DNA from: Candidatus Bathyarchaeia archaeon
Lineage (GTDB): Archaea > Thermoproteota > Bathyarchaeia > 40CM-2-53-6
Assembly: GCA_049513715.1 (NCBI GenBank)
Contig: JBEKVV010000004.1
Span: forward strand, 64,001 to 128,000
Length of the DNA stretch: 64,000 bases
Direction of reading: 5' to 3'
In this document: piece by piece, positions 9,582-19,455 of the stretch
How positions within the stretch are numbered: the first letter of the stretch is position 1
How the letters are laid out: each line of letters begins with the position of its first letter
The notes under the pieces: model-generated
What the model was told of the DNA's origin: nothing
Seen by the model: only the letters and a program-made list of their open reading frames with translations
Databases searched by the model: none
Position numbers and translations under genes: made by a program

Positions 9582-11336
9582 CTATTGCTTTCCTCCAATC
9601 GTACTCTGAATGAATGAAGTCATTTCCTCCACTGTGAGAACGTCGTTGGGAAAGCCAAAGCTACCCAGCGCTTGAGCCAGCGAGGTAATCTGTGGCGGCC
9701 GTAGGTTTGTTTGCACAAGTTTCTGTGGGTTGGCAAAAATCTCTCGCGTGGACCCATCTGCGAAAATCTGACCATCTTTCATTACTAGTGTTCTGGAACA
9801 ATATTCCGCAACGATGTTCATATCATGTGAAATCGTTACAAGGGTTGTTCCCTTTTTCAAAAGATTCATTGCCAGATCCATGATCTCTTTGCCGCGGAGA
9901 AAATCTTGGCCAGTTGTAGGTTCATCAATGATGAGCAGTTCAGGATCCATGGCTAGGACGGATGCAATGTTGATTCTCTGTTTTTCGCCCTTGCTGAGGT
10001 CTAAGGGATTTTCGCTGATCAAGTTGTAACACTCAACATCTTTCAGGCTCTTCTCGACGCGGCGTTGAATTTCATCTTCTGGCAGTCTGAGGTTTCGTGG
10101 CCCAAATGCGACCTCGGTGCTCACCTTATTGCTGAATATTTGCTGGTCGGGGTCTTGGAATACGAATCCGACCTTCATGGCCATCTCGGGAACAGTGTGT
10201 TCGCGTGTGTCCATTCCGAAGACTCTGACGCTACCGCTCGTGGGTTTCAGCAGGCCGATGAACTGTTTCACCAGTGTGGTTTTCCCAGAGCCGTTCTGGC
10301 CGATTACTCCAATGTTTTCGCCGCGTTTGATCGTGAGGTCCACATTGCTAAGTGCGGGGGATTTCGTATATGGATACTGAAACGTAAGGCCTTTGACCTC
10401 GATGGTTACTTCGTCTTGGTGTGGCGGAAGTTTTTCAGCCTCTGTTGGGACGCGTTTGAGTTGTGGATTTTGAAGAGTATGTCCGTTGTTCCTCAGAAAG
10501 AATGTCAGTGCTGTAATTGCTTGATTCAGTGTTATTGGAATTTTGGGCCAGTTCAATTGGTCGCGAAGCTTGGCGAAGAGGAGGCTAACTTGGGGCGGCT
10601 TCAGTCCGATTGCTTCAATGGCCTCTGCCTGGTTAAGGACTTCCTGAGGGGTCCCTTGGTACTTTATGCTGCCCTCATCCATGACGATCATGCGATCAGC
10701 CTCGCCCACTAACTCCTCCAGCTTATGTTCCACGATCAGGATTGTCTTGTGTTCGATGCGTGCAAGCTCCGAGATTGTCTGGAGCACTTGAGCGCTTCCC
10801 ACCGGGTCGAGGTTGGAAGTTGGTTCATCGAGCACGTAAATCTCAGGGCGCATCGCAAGAATGCTGCCTAGTGCGACGGCTTGCTGTTGTCCTCCTGAGA
10901 GATTGTGTGGGCTCCTACCACTGACTTGTTGAAGTCGAAGTAAACGTATGACGTCGTCAACACGCTTTCGGATCTCAACGGGGGGAACACCATAATTCTC
11001 TGCGCCAAATGCGATGTCATCTTCTACTGTAGCACAGAGAAGTTGCGTTGATGGATCTTGGAATAACATCCCGGCCTTTCCCGACAAGACTGCAGGCCCG
11101 TTGAGTCTCGTGTCGAGCCCGCGCACACTCACCTTCCCTTCCAATGTGCCAGTGTAGAAATGCGGAATCAACCCATTTAGGCAACTGCAGAGTGTTGTCT
11201 TCCCCGCGCCAGCTGGTCCCGTAACGAGAAGGAGCTCACCCGGTTTTACTTGCAGAGTCACGTTCTTCAGAGCCGGCCGCTTCTCACCGCGGTAAGTGTA
11301 CGATACGTTTTCGACTGTTACGTCGTATTCGCTCAT
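9582..11336 (-). CDS. ecfA: ECF transporter fused double ATPase (EcfA-EcfA')
   Basis: Two ABC domains (GPAGAGKTT/LSGGQ/DEPT and GQNGSGKTT/LSKGE/DEPT). Likely start is the ATG at 11336. Confidence 0.92.
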   Translation of the reverse strand: MSEYDVTVENVSYTYRGEKRPALKNVTLQVKPGELLLVTGPAGAGKTTLCSCLNGLIPHFYTGTLEGKVSVRGLDTRLNGPAVLSGKAGMLFQDPSTQLLCATVEDDIAFGAENYGVPPVEIRKRVDDVIRLLRLQQVSGRSPHNLSGGQQQAVALGSILAMRPEIYVLDEPTSNLDPVGSAQVLQTISELARIEHKTILIVEHKLEELVGEADRMIVMDEGSIKYQGTPQEVLNQAEAIEAIGLKPPQVSLLFAKLRDQLNWPKIPITLNQAITALTFFLRNNGHTLQNPQLKRVPTEAEKLPPHQDEVTIEVKGLTFQYPYTKSPALSNVDLTIKRGENIGVIGQNGSGKTTLVKQFIGLLKPTSGSVRVFGMDTREHTVPEMAMKVGFVFQDPDQQIFSNKVSTEVAFGPRNLRLPEDEIQRRVEKSLKDVECYNLISENPLDLSKGEKQRINIASVLAMDPELLIIDEPTTGQDFLRGKEIMDLAMNLLKKGTTLVTISHDMNIVAEYCSRTLVMKDGQIFADGSTREIFANPQKLVQTNLRPPQITSLAQALGSFGFPNDVLTVEEMTSFIQSTIGGKQ

Positions 11337-11495
11337 TTTCTTGGAGTCACGCTGCTGCACGTCGGACTGTTTGTCTAAAAACGTGCCTATCGTTTGTCAG
11401 GTATAGTAATCCCGTTTTCGATGTATAGACACTCTATTCCATTTCTCACATTCATTATGATGGTGTTAAATACCATCACAGCGCAGTAGCGGTTA

Positions 11496-12062
11496 GTGAA
11501 AAAATTGAGTCAACAGAAAGCTCCGTTACTAACCTCACGTCAACTGGCGACTGCCGCTGTCTTTGGCGGGCTTGGCTTCGCCACCAGGGCAATGGGCTTG
11601 ACTGTCCCCTTGGTTCCACCGCTTGTCGTCGACTTAAGAGCAGTATTTTGGATTCTGGGAGTTGCTGGCTCCGGCCCCGTCGGTGCCATCATCGTTGGTC
11701 TCCTGATAGGATTGCCATCAGCGTTCCCAATTGCATCAATACCCGACGCAATAGTCTATGGCCTAGTATTCTGCATTCTCTACAAGCAAATCCATGCATT
11801 GAAAGGTGCAGTGAAGTATGTGATGCTGGCTATATGGGCAGCTGTGTCCGTGTACGTCGGCGATTTAGTTCTGGTATGGGTCTTCGTATACATCTACCAC
11901 ATCTACCCCGACATGAGCACTGGACTTGCAATTGACTACACAACATCCGCTGTAGTTTGGTCAATTCTAGGTGCGCTCGCGATAATACTGCTAGTCAAAT
12001 ATGCTCCAGACTACGCTGAACCAACGTGGTCTTGGATGAAGTCCAAGATTTCAAAGAAGTGA
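11496..12062 (+). CDS. ECF transporter S component (substrate unknown)
   Basis: 188 aa hydrophobic protein with LATAAVFGGL (AxxxA-like) helix 1 and GPVGAIIVG; divergent from ecfAT. Confidence 0.75.
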   Translation: MKKLSQQKAPLLTSRQLATAAVFGGLGFATRAMGLTVPLVPPLVVDLRAVFWILGVAGSGPVGAIIVGLLIGLPSAFPIASIPDAIVYGLVFCILYKQIHALKGAVKYVMLAIWAAVSVYVGDLVLVWVFVYIYHIYPDMSTGLAIDYTTSAVVWSILGALAIILLVKYAPDYAEPTWSWMKSKISKK

Positions 12063-12067
12063 TTGAA

Positions 12068-12430
12068 ATGGACCTAATATCAATCCTCTCGACAGTCGTC
12101 CAACAGGCAATGCCGTCAATTCAAGAACGAGTACTCCCTACAATGATCTTCGCTGCTATCATGGTCATCGCTCTCTTAGCCTATGGTGTGATGAAGAAGG
12201 TCAAAGGCGCCATATACGCAGGGATAGTCCTGCTCATTGGCGTACTCTTCGCCTACGTACGCTTCCTCACCCCGTACCTGCCAAGCACGTACAATGCCGG
12301 AATGGCTACAGTACTATTCAACGCTGGAGGCGTGGACGTCACTATAGGAACAGTTGGCGCGATAATCTTCCTGATAGTCGTCGTCGCCATTCTGGTCTGG
12401 TACAGAAAGAACGCGAAACGCTCTCGATAA
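12068..12430 (+). CDS. Small membrane protein (about 3 TM), co-transcribed with the S component
   Basis: Hydrophobic ORF starting 5 nt after the S-component stop; basic C-terminus. Confidence 0.65.
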   Translation: MDLISILSTVVQQAMPSIQERVLPTMIFAAIMVIALLAYGVMKKVKGAIYAGIVLLIGVLFAYVRFLTPYLPSTYNAGMATVLFNAGGVDVTIGTVGAIIFLIVVVAILVWYRKNAKRSR

Positions 12431-12638
12431 GAGAGCACCTCCTTTCTTTTTCTTCACTTGTGTTCTTAGTAACTTGCCGTTCCTCTCCAATCTGCGCTGG
12501 GTTGCGAGGCCCTCAAGAAGAATAAGAGACAATTTTCTTGAGGTTTGAGGTCAACGCGTTCTACGGCTAGTTTTTCCTCTGTAACATTACAATCTATCAG
12601 TAGTATAAGAACAAGAGACGAAACGCACTTCCTTGGGT

Positions 12639-13658
12639 CTACTGAACCGCTCCAACTGCTGATGGAATCGGAAGGTCGGCCATCGTAACGAGACCTGGGT
12701 TCGCTGCCGCAACTTTCGTAATCATATTAGCGACGACGGCTGCCGTGGCAAGGTCTCCGTGAACTCCTCCCCTGATTACCAAGTCAACAGGAGGAGATCC
12801 CTTGATTACCACTTGATCGAAGGCTTCAGGTGGCCTAAGTGATGCTTGGAACTCGAATTTTACAACCTCTCTGCCATTCAGGTCAATTGCACTGGCAACC
12901 TGAGATAAGCCCCTGACTTGCCCCGGTCTCACCGTGATACACTCGCTTGACACCTCATTGTCGGCGATTATTGGTTCAATCTTCTGTTGTATGTCTTTCA
13001 ATTGTCACCCAAGCTTCTCGGCCACCATAGCTGCTGACTCGGGTAGTCCAATGTGGCCGAACTTCCCGCTAGCCACGTTCTCGTTGAATTCGTCGGGCGA
13101 TAGGCCTGCGCCTATCTTCTTCTGGAAGGGCAGGCGCCTGTTACTGGCGTCTTGTATTCGTCGAGCTATGATTGAGTCGATATCTTGGCACACACCGCTT
13201 GAAGTGAGGACTAACGTGTCCATAAGAAACCCAGGGTTCACACCTGTGCCGAGCATTGTCGTCTTATATTTCTTCGCAAGCCTATCAAGAGCTCTCGATT
13301 CCTTGGGATATTTCTTGAATGGGTATGATAGCTCTTCGCAGGTCGACACGATGTCGAGTTTGGCTTTTGTTATTTGCTCTAACTGACTGATGACGGCCGG
13401 TATGAAGGAAGAAGTGGAGTGCACTACTAGGTCCGCCTTCGCTTCTCTGAAAACCTTCGTTGGATTGTCGGAGACCTTCAAGCCGAGGTTCCGCTGCAAA
13501 CCAGCAACTTCCCCTAAATCTCTTCCAACCTTCGCTTTGTCAATGTCGATGGCACCGACAATCTGGAAACCTTTCTTTCTGACTAAGAGTTTGACTATCG
13601 CGCTTCCGATTGGTCCAATGCCGAACTGGATTATCTTCAAGCCTGTGTCACCTTTCAC
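12639..13658 (-). pseudogene. 2,4-diaminopentanoate dehydrogenase / native amine dehydrogenase family gene interrupted by an in-frame TGA
   Basis: ORFs 13005-13658 and 12639-13001 are in the same frame, joined as EKLG-TGA-QLKDIQ. Motifs GIGPIG, STCEEL, GTGVNPGF, GHIGLPES, GGVHGDLATAA. Confidence 0.8.
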
Positions 13659-14980
13659 TTCGGAATTAGCATCATCAGCGTGACGAGGCTTAGTATCTTT
13701 ATCGTGTTGATGTAATCTTCGAGAATCACGTATTCATCAGGAACATGCCAGGCAGGCGCTCCGCAGGAATAGCAGATCATCGGAATCCCTGCGTCGTAGA
13801 TGGCCCAACGCATGTCCGTAGAAGCCGCTATACCCGTGGCCTTCGGCCTTAAGCCGATGACTTGCTCAGCCGCGAGCTGAGTGTAAACAACGATCGGCTC
13901 GGAGGGTGCAAGTTCACTTGGCCTTACATAGTTGATTACCTCGGCGTCGACTTTCAACTTCGGGTCTGCATTTCGCAATGCACCAAGCATCCTCTCGACA
14001 TCGGCAATGACGGACTGTACGGTCTGGCCAGGCATAGTTCTAATGTCACAAATGACTGAGCATTCATCCGGGATTACGTTCTCCTTTGTGCCCCCTTCGA
14101 TTCGATTCACGCTGATGTATGGACCACCTGGAACGTGAGGGTGTGCTTTCCAGCCAGTGAACTCCATCTGATCAAATGCTTCAGCCACTTTACCCATCTT
14201 GAGAATTGCGTTTGTGAGGAGCTTCTTCTTGCTTGTATGGCCGCCTTCACCTTTTGTGGTTACCTTCAGCCAAATTTGACCATTCGCTGCCAAATGAATT
14301 TCGTCGCGAAGAGCTTCAATGTAAATTGCGCAGTCGCCATGCAATAGATTCGCCTTGATCAATTCGTGAATTCCCTTATGACCTCCAGCTTCCTCGTCAG
14401 CCGCGGCAGCAACAGAAATGCTTCCCACTAGTGGAATGCCTAATTCGACTAGTGCTCGAGCGGCGACTATTGATGACGCTGTCCCAGTCTTGCAATCCAA
14501 TGTACCTCTGCCAAACATCTTTCCGTTCTCAATCACTGCCCCAAATGGAGGGTGTTTCCATTTGGAGAGGTCACCAGGCGGGACAGTGTCTGTGTGGGAG
14601 TAAAGCAGCATTCGCGGCTTTTCCTTTTGAAAGACTTTGTCGCCGACCACGCTTACGCGGTTAGGATAAGGCTCTATGGTCTTAACATCAAAGCCAATTG
14701 ATTGGAGTTCGCGGACAACTATACCTGCTACTTTCTTTTCTCCCTCGAGTTCGTTGTTTACGCTAGGTGTGCGAATGATTTCTTGGAGAAGAGAGATCGC
14801 GTAGGGCCGCAGGTTTTTAATTTTCTCAAACAACTCCTTGGCATGTCTATTCGCCATCTTCAACCTTGTTTGCGCGTCTTCCAGAATCCATTCGTGGTCA
14901 GGTGTTTTCCACGTTCGATATGGTTCACGGCCGTCCATTTCGACTTCGACGAGCCTCGCCTTGTCAACCGTGATAGTCAT
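13655..14980 (-). CDS. M20 family metallo-hydrolase (ArgE/DapE-like deacylase)
   Basis: HTDTVP, GRGTLDCK, ADEE, WHVPDE. Confidence 0.9.
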   Translation of the reverse strand: MTITVDKARLVEVEMDGREPYRTWKTPDHEWILEDAQTRLKMANRHAKELFEKIKNLRPYAISLLQEIIRTPSVNNELEGEKKVAGIVVRELQSIGFDVKTIEPYPNRVSVVGDKVFQKEKPRMLLYSHTDTVPPGDLSKWKHPPFGAVIENGKMFGRGTLDCKTGTASSIVAARALVELGIPLVGSISVAAAADEEAGGHKGIHELIKANLLHGDCAIYIEALRDEIHLAANGQIWLKVTTKGEGGHTSKKKLLTNAILKMGKVAEAFDQMEFTGWKAHPHVPGGPYISVNRIEGGTKENVIPDECSVICDIRTMPGQTVQSVIADVERMLGALRNADPKLKVDAEVINYVRPSELAPSEPIVVYTQLAAEQVIGLRPKATGIAASTDMRWAIYDAGIPMICYSCGAPAWHVPDEYVILEDYINTIKILSLVTLMMLIPK

Positions 14981-15200
14981 GACAGTTCAACCTGCTGTCA
15001 CGTTTGCCAGTGTTTACAAGGTTTTGTTCTGTAACCAGGAGAGGTTAACGCGAAGCTTCGAGCTGGTCCCAGTCATGGCCGATCCTCTGCTGTCGAAAGG
15101 ATGATTGTAGCCAAGTATATACATGCTGCAGTAGGTAGCCTATAGAATTAGGACTATCAATTAATACACATCGTGGGAACTCACACAACATACTAGGTGT

Positions 15201-16355
15201 ATGCTAATGTGGAATAAAGCTAGAGAACCAATTCGACTTCTTATGACACCGGGCCCTGTCGAAATATCTCCTCGAGTTCTGTCAGCCTTAGCAAGACCTG
15301 AAGTCTACCACTACTACAAAGGGTTCATAGACTTATTCGCCGAAACGACTGAGAAGATGAAGAGGATCTACCAAACAAAGAACGAAGTCCTCATTATGCA
15401 AGGCGAGGGCGTACTCGGCTTAGAGGCAGCCGTACTCAACACTATCAACCCAGGAGACAAAGTATTGGTGTTGGATAACGGACCATTTGGTAAATGGTTT
15501 GGGATCTACGTTGAGAACGCGGGCGGCAAACCCGTCTATCTGACCTCCCCCAACAACGAGGCATTTTACCCGGAGAAACTCAAAGAGAAACTTGATGTTG
15601 AGAAAGACATCAAAGCAATGACGGTTGTGCACTGTGAAACCCCGGCCGGAATTCGCAACCCAATCAAGGAACTCTGCTCCATCGCCAAGAAGAAGGGAAT
15701 CCTAACAATCGTCGACGCAGTCGCATCACTCGCAGGAGACGACGTCAAACCAGATCAGTGGGGAATTGACCTCTGTTGCGGCGCCTCGCAGAAAGCACTC
15801 TCAGCACCGCCCGGGCTAACGTTGTTGTCTGTCAGCAAAGATGCATGGGAGGCAATTGACAACAAGAAGAACCCAATCAAGAACTCTTACGTGAGCATAC
15901 CTGACTATCGGGACACTTGGGTCAAAGAGAAGCGCTTTCCGTTCACGCCAATGGTCTCAGATATCTACGCACTAAACGAGGCCGCTGATGAACTTCTCGA
16001 AGAAGGATTGGAGAGCTCCTTCAAACGACATCAAATCGTTGCAGACGCGTGCCGAGAGGGAGCGGAGAAGATAGGCTTCAAACTTTGGGCTAAGCGACGA
16101 GAAGACGCCTCCAATACAGTAACTGCCCTGCAAATACCGCCATTAGCCACTGACTCTGAGATTGTCAACCACATGGTTCAGAAGTACGGCATATTGATTG
16201 GCGGAGGCTACAAGGAAACTAAAGGCGAGCTGCTAAGAATCGGCCATATGGGCTACCACGCAACCCTAACGAACATCATGACGACGCTCGCCGCACTCGA
16301 AGGAACTCTGGCGGACCTCAAGAAGAAGAAACCCATAGCGGTTCCGGCCAAGTAA
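15201..16355 (+). CDS. Class-V aminotransferase, pyridoxamine-pyruvate aminotransferase-like
   Basis: TPGPVE, MQGEGVLGLE, HCET, VDAVAS, SQKALSAPPG (catalytic Lys), FPFTPMVS, RIGHMG. Confidence 0.88.
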   Translation: MLMWNKAREPIRLLMTPGPVEISPRVLSALARPEVYHYYKGFIDLFAETTEKMKRIYQTKNEVLIMQGEGVLGLEAAVLNTINPGDKVLVLDNGPFGKWFGIYVENAGGKPVYLTSPNNEAFYPEKLKEKLDVEKDIKAMTVVHCETPAGIRNPIKELCSIAKKKGILTIVDAVASLAGDDVKPDQWGIDLCCGASQKALSAPPGLTLLSVSKDAWEAIDNKKNPIKNSYVSIPDYRDTWVKEKRFPFTPMVSDIYALNEAADELLEEGLESSFKRHQIVADACREGAEKIGFKLWAKRREDASNTVTALQIPPLATDSEIVNHMVQKYGILIGGGYKETKGELLRIGHMGYHATLTNIMTTLAALEGTLADLKKKKPIAVPAK

Positions 16356-16425
16356 GGCCGCGAACCCGCCCTCTTTCTTGCTTGCCGGTATTTCCAGCGG
16401 AGCTAACAGCATAGAAGCCAACATG

Positions 16426-17397
16426 TCAGAGTGGTCTAGCAGGCTTCACGGTAAGGTAGACCCCTGCGAGAATTAAGGCACCGCCAACGCCAGAATATAG
16501 ACTTGGGATCTCCTGCAAGATCCACCACCCTAGGATTATTGCTATGATTGGTGTGATGAACGCCATCATGGAAACGTTTGTTGCCGTGGTCTTTGTTAGG
16601 AGCCAGTACTGGCCGACGAATGCCGCTGCGGACCCGAAGATTGCCAGGTAGATGATTGCTACAGTTGCCGTTAGCGTAAAAGACTTCGGTGAATTTGCCT
16701 CCGTTACGAGACCGATAGATGACAAAACCACTGCGGCAATCAATGACTGAACAAAAACATTAGTCGCAGGCTGTATCCGCGTAGCGAAACGTTTGACGAC
16801 AACACTTGACAACCCACTCAACGCGGCGCTCCCGACGAGTGCTAGCCCACCAAGAAGAGAGCTCTGCACAGCGAGGTTTCGTGACGCCGCAATGTCTGGC
16901 CAAAAAACAACAATTAGTCCCAGAAATGAAGATATGACTCCCAGAATCTTGAACGGAGTCATCTTCTCGTTTCGTACGATGAAGTTTGCGAAAATAACGA
17001 CGAAAAACGGGTTCGTTGCAAAGAGTATGGACGCGAGCCCAGATGGGATGTACTGCTCTCCCCAGAAAATGAGACCGAACGGTACGCTCATTTGGAATAT
17101 TCCTAAGAACAGCATGATTCCCCATGAGAGGCGGTCCTTGGGAAAACGTGCGTGCAGAAGTTTCACAATGACCAACAGCGCCATGGTGGCAATGATGTAG
17201 CGAATTCCCACGAATGTGAAGGGGGGAACTGCTTCGAGGCCAGCTTTTATGGCAAGCCAAGTGGATCCCCAGATAAGGCAACATGCAGTGAAGACAGTCC
17301 AACGTAATTGTGATGAGTGCAAGTTTTCTAACTCATGGCCTAATGCTAAACACGAATTCCCGAAGGATTTGGGGAGATGACCTTGCTCGAACTTCAT
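16426..17397 (-). CDS. EamA/DMT family transporter
   Basis: LIWGSTWLAIK, PPF..GIRY, about 10 TM in two repeats. True start is probably downstream of 17397. Confidence 0.88.
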   Translation of the reverse strand: MKFEQGHLPKSFGNSCLALGHELENLHSSQLRWTVFTACCLIWGSTWLAIKAGLEAVPPFTFVGIRYIIATMALLVIVKLLHARFPKDRLSWGIMLFLGIFQMSVPFGLIFWGEQYIPSGLASILFATNPFFVVIFANFIVRNEKMTPFKILGVISSFLGLIVVFWPDIAASRNLAVQSSLLGGLALVGSAALSGLSSVVVKRFATRIQPATNVFVQSLIAAVVLSSIGLVTEANSPKSFTLTATVAIIYLAIFGSAAAFVGQYWLLTKTTATNVSMMAFITPIIAIILGWWILQEIPSLYSGVGGALILAGVYLTVKPARPL

Positions 17398-17426
17398 AAT
17401 GAGAGCGAGGAGTATCTCTCACAATT

Positions 17427-19265
17427 CTATGAAATGGCGAGTTCTTTGAGTTTCTGTTTTGTTGGGATTCCCTGCTTGTCCCATCCTCGGAGCTTGTAGT
17501 AGCTGTCGAGCATTCTGTTGACGTCGAATGTTTGGCCTTTTGATTGGCCGGTGGGTAGCGGTTCTAGGAATCGGTCCGGAATGTTGTCGTCCTTTCTTGT
17601 GTAGCCTTCTCTGAGGTTGAAGAGTCGTTCGAGGTTGTTGATTCTCTCTCCGACCTTGACCAATTCAGCATACGTATGTTTCAACCCTACCGCTTCATGC
17701 ATTAGACGTTCGATTACCTCCGGGCTAAAGCCAAAGTCAAGGCAAAAGTCGCAGAACACAGCGGTATCTATGGGTGAGGCTGTGAAGTCTTGAAAGTCCA
17801 TGACCCATCTCGCCTTGTTCTCGTCCTCCGCGAATCTGTCAACCTTCTGTGGCATTCCGAACAGTTCAACTGCTATTGTCCAGCCATCGTTGTGATCTGC
17901 ACCTCGAGATGAGGTTGCATAGCTGAGTCCCATGCCCTTGGCTCCTCTAGGATCATACCCAGGCATTTCAAGGCCTTTCACGTGCATCGCATATCTATAG
18001 GCGTCTCCACCAAGTTTGTCAGCGGCCATTCTCACGCCGTCGGCCAGTACGTTGCCTAACCCTTCTCTGTGGGTGATCTTTTTCATCAGCCAGATGAGAC
18101 CTTTTTCGCTACCGAACTTCATGTTCACGCCGCCTGTGTCTTTTTCTTTGATGATGCCTCTTTCGAAGCACTCCATTGCGAACGATGCCACAACGCCTGC
18201 GGAGATTGTGTCCATCCCATATTGATCACAGAGGAGGTTGGCGTGCGCGATTGTTTCGAATGATGAAATTCCGCAGTTCGAGCCCAAAGCGAATATGTTC
18301 TCGTGCTCCGGTCTGTCGGTTTTGATCCCTGCGTGTTCTCCTTCCGTTACGTTGATCCATTTTGAGCAGAGAACGCGGCATCCCCAGCAATGGACGAATC
18401 CCTTGTCGGGCCAGTGTTTCTTGATGTAATCTGCGCCTATGCTTTCTGCGCCCTCGAAGTACCCGGTCTGATAATTCCTGGTCGGCATCAGTCCTAATTC
18501 GTTTACGAAAGCAACGGACCCTGTCGTTCCGTCGGCATTGAACGCTTTCACAACCTCATTGCTGTCAACAATCTTCCCGATCCATGCTAGCGTTTCTCGC
18601 CACTTGTTCCGATCGACAAACGTCTCAGCCCTTCCTGTGCCGCAGACAGCGAATGCTTTCAGGTTTTTTGAGCCCATTACGGCGCCGGGGCCGCATCTCG
18701 CGGCTGCCGCGTGTTTGTCGCTCATTATGGACGCGAATCTGACCATGTTCTCCCCAGCAGGGCCAATCGAGGCGACCTTCAATGTCGGTTTCGAACCCAA
18801 CTCCCTGGTTACCGCATCTTCCGTTTCATTTGTCGTCTTTCCCCAAAGATGGGACGCGTCCTTCAACTCCATCTTGCCGTCATGGAGGTACGCGTAGGCT
18901 TTCTTTTCCGACTTTCCTTCGAATATGACTCCATCGTACCCGGCGAATTTCATGTTAGGGCCAAAATGGCCACCGCAGTAACTGACTGAGATTGTTTTGG
19001 TCAGAGGTGATTTCATGCCGACCGTATACTTTCCCGTAAGGGGTATGTTCGTGCCTGCCAAGGGGCCGGTCATGAAAATCAGTTTGTTCTTCGGACCCAG
19101 TGGGTCTGTTCCCGGCTCAAGCTCGTCGTAGAGGATTTTCGCGATAAAGCCTCTTCCGCCGATCCATTTCTCTGCGAAATCGTCATCGATTTTCATTTTC
19201 CAAGTCTTCCCAGTGCTGAGGTCGACGCGCAGAATCTTGCCCACGTAACCTTTGTAATTGGTCAA
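17427..19265 (-). CDS. aor: Tungsten/molybdenum aldehyde:ferredoxin oxidoreductase (AOR family), copy 1
   Basis: GYVGKILRVDL, GGRG, GAVMGSKNLKA, CWGCRVLC, GMDTIS, YDPRG. Start reassigned to TTG at 19265 by comparison with copy 2. Confidence 0.93.
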   Translation of the reverse strand: MTNYKGYVGKILRVDLSTGKTWKMKIDDDFAEKWIGGRGFIAKILYDELEPGTDPLGPKNKLIFMTGPLAGTNIPLTGKYTVGMKSPLTKTISVSYCGGHFGPNMKFAGYDGVIFEGKSEKKAYAYLHDGKMELKDASHLWGKTTNETEDAVTRELGSKPTLKVASIGPAGENMVRFASIMSDKHAAAARCGPGAVMGSKNLKAFAVCGTGRAETFVDRNKWRETLAWIGKIVDSNEVVKAFNADGTTGSVAFVNELGLMPTRNYQTGYFEGAESIGADYIKKHWPDKGFVHCWGCRVLCSKWINVTEGEHAGIKTDRPEHENIFALGSNCGISSFETIAHANLLCDQYGMDTISAGVVASFAMECFERGIIKEKDTGGVNMKFGSEKGLIWLMKKITHREGLGNVLADGVRMAADKLGGDAYRYAMHVKGLEMPGYDPRGAKGMGLSYATSSRGADHNDGWTIAVELFGMPQKVDRFAEDENKARWVMDFQDFTASPIDTAVFCDFCLDFGFSPEVIERLMHEAVGLKHTYAELVKVGERINNLERLFNLREGYTRKDDNIPDRFLEPLPTGQSKGQTFDVNRMLDSYYKLRGWDKQGIPTKQKLKELAIS

Positions 19266-19380
19266 AGAAGAATCCGCTCTTGTAGCGAGGCTTCTTGGGG
19301 TATGTATTGTTTTTCTCACGTTTGCAAGAAAGGAACTGATAATTTTCGCGTTGGTTGGTCGCGGGGCTTCGAATTTAGAG

Positions 19381-19396
19381 TATATGTGCACATATA
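19381..19396. promoter_or_regulatory. Perfect 16-bp palindrome in the divergent aor/Mo-hydroxylase promoter
   Basis: TATATGTGCACATATA equals its own reverse complement. Confidence 0.55.
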
Positions 19397-19455
19397 TTGT
19401 TGGAGTAAAACCATGATAAGCTATAAGGCCCGTTCGGTCCTGACGGGCGAAGATT

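Noticed and set aside
13005..13007. Selenocysteine or genome-wide UGA=Trp recoding
   Set aside because: The position corresponds to Trp rather than Cys, no SECIS-like hairpin was recognised downstream, and many intact genes here end with TGA.
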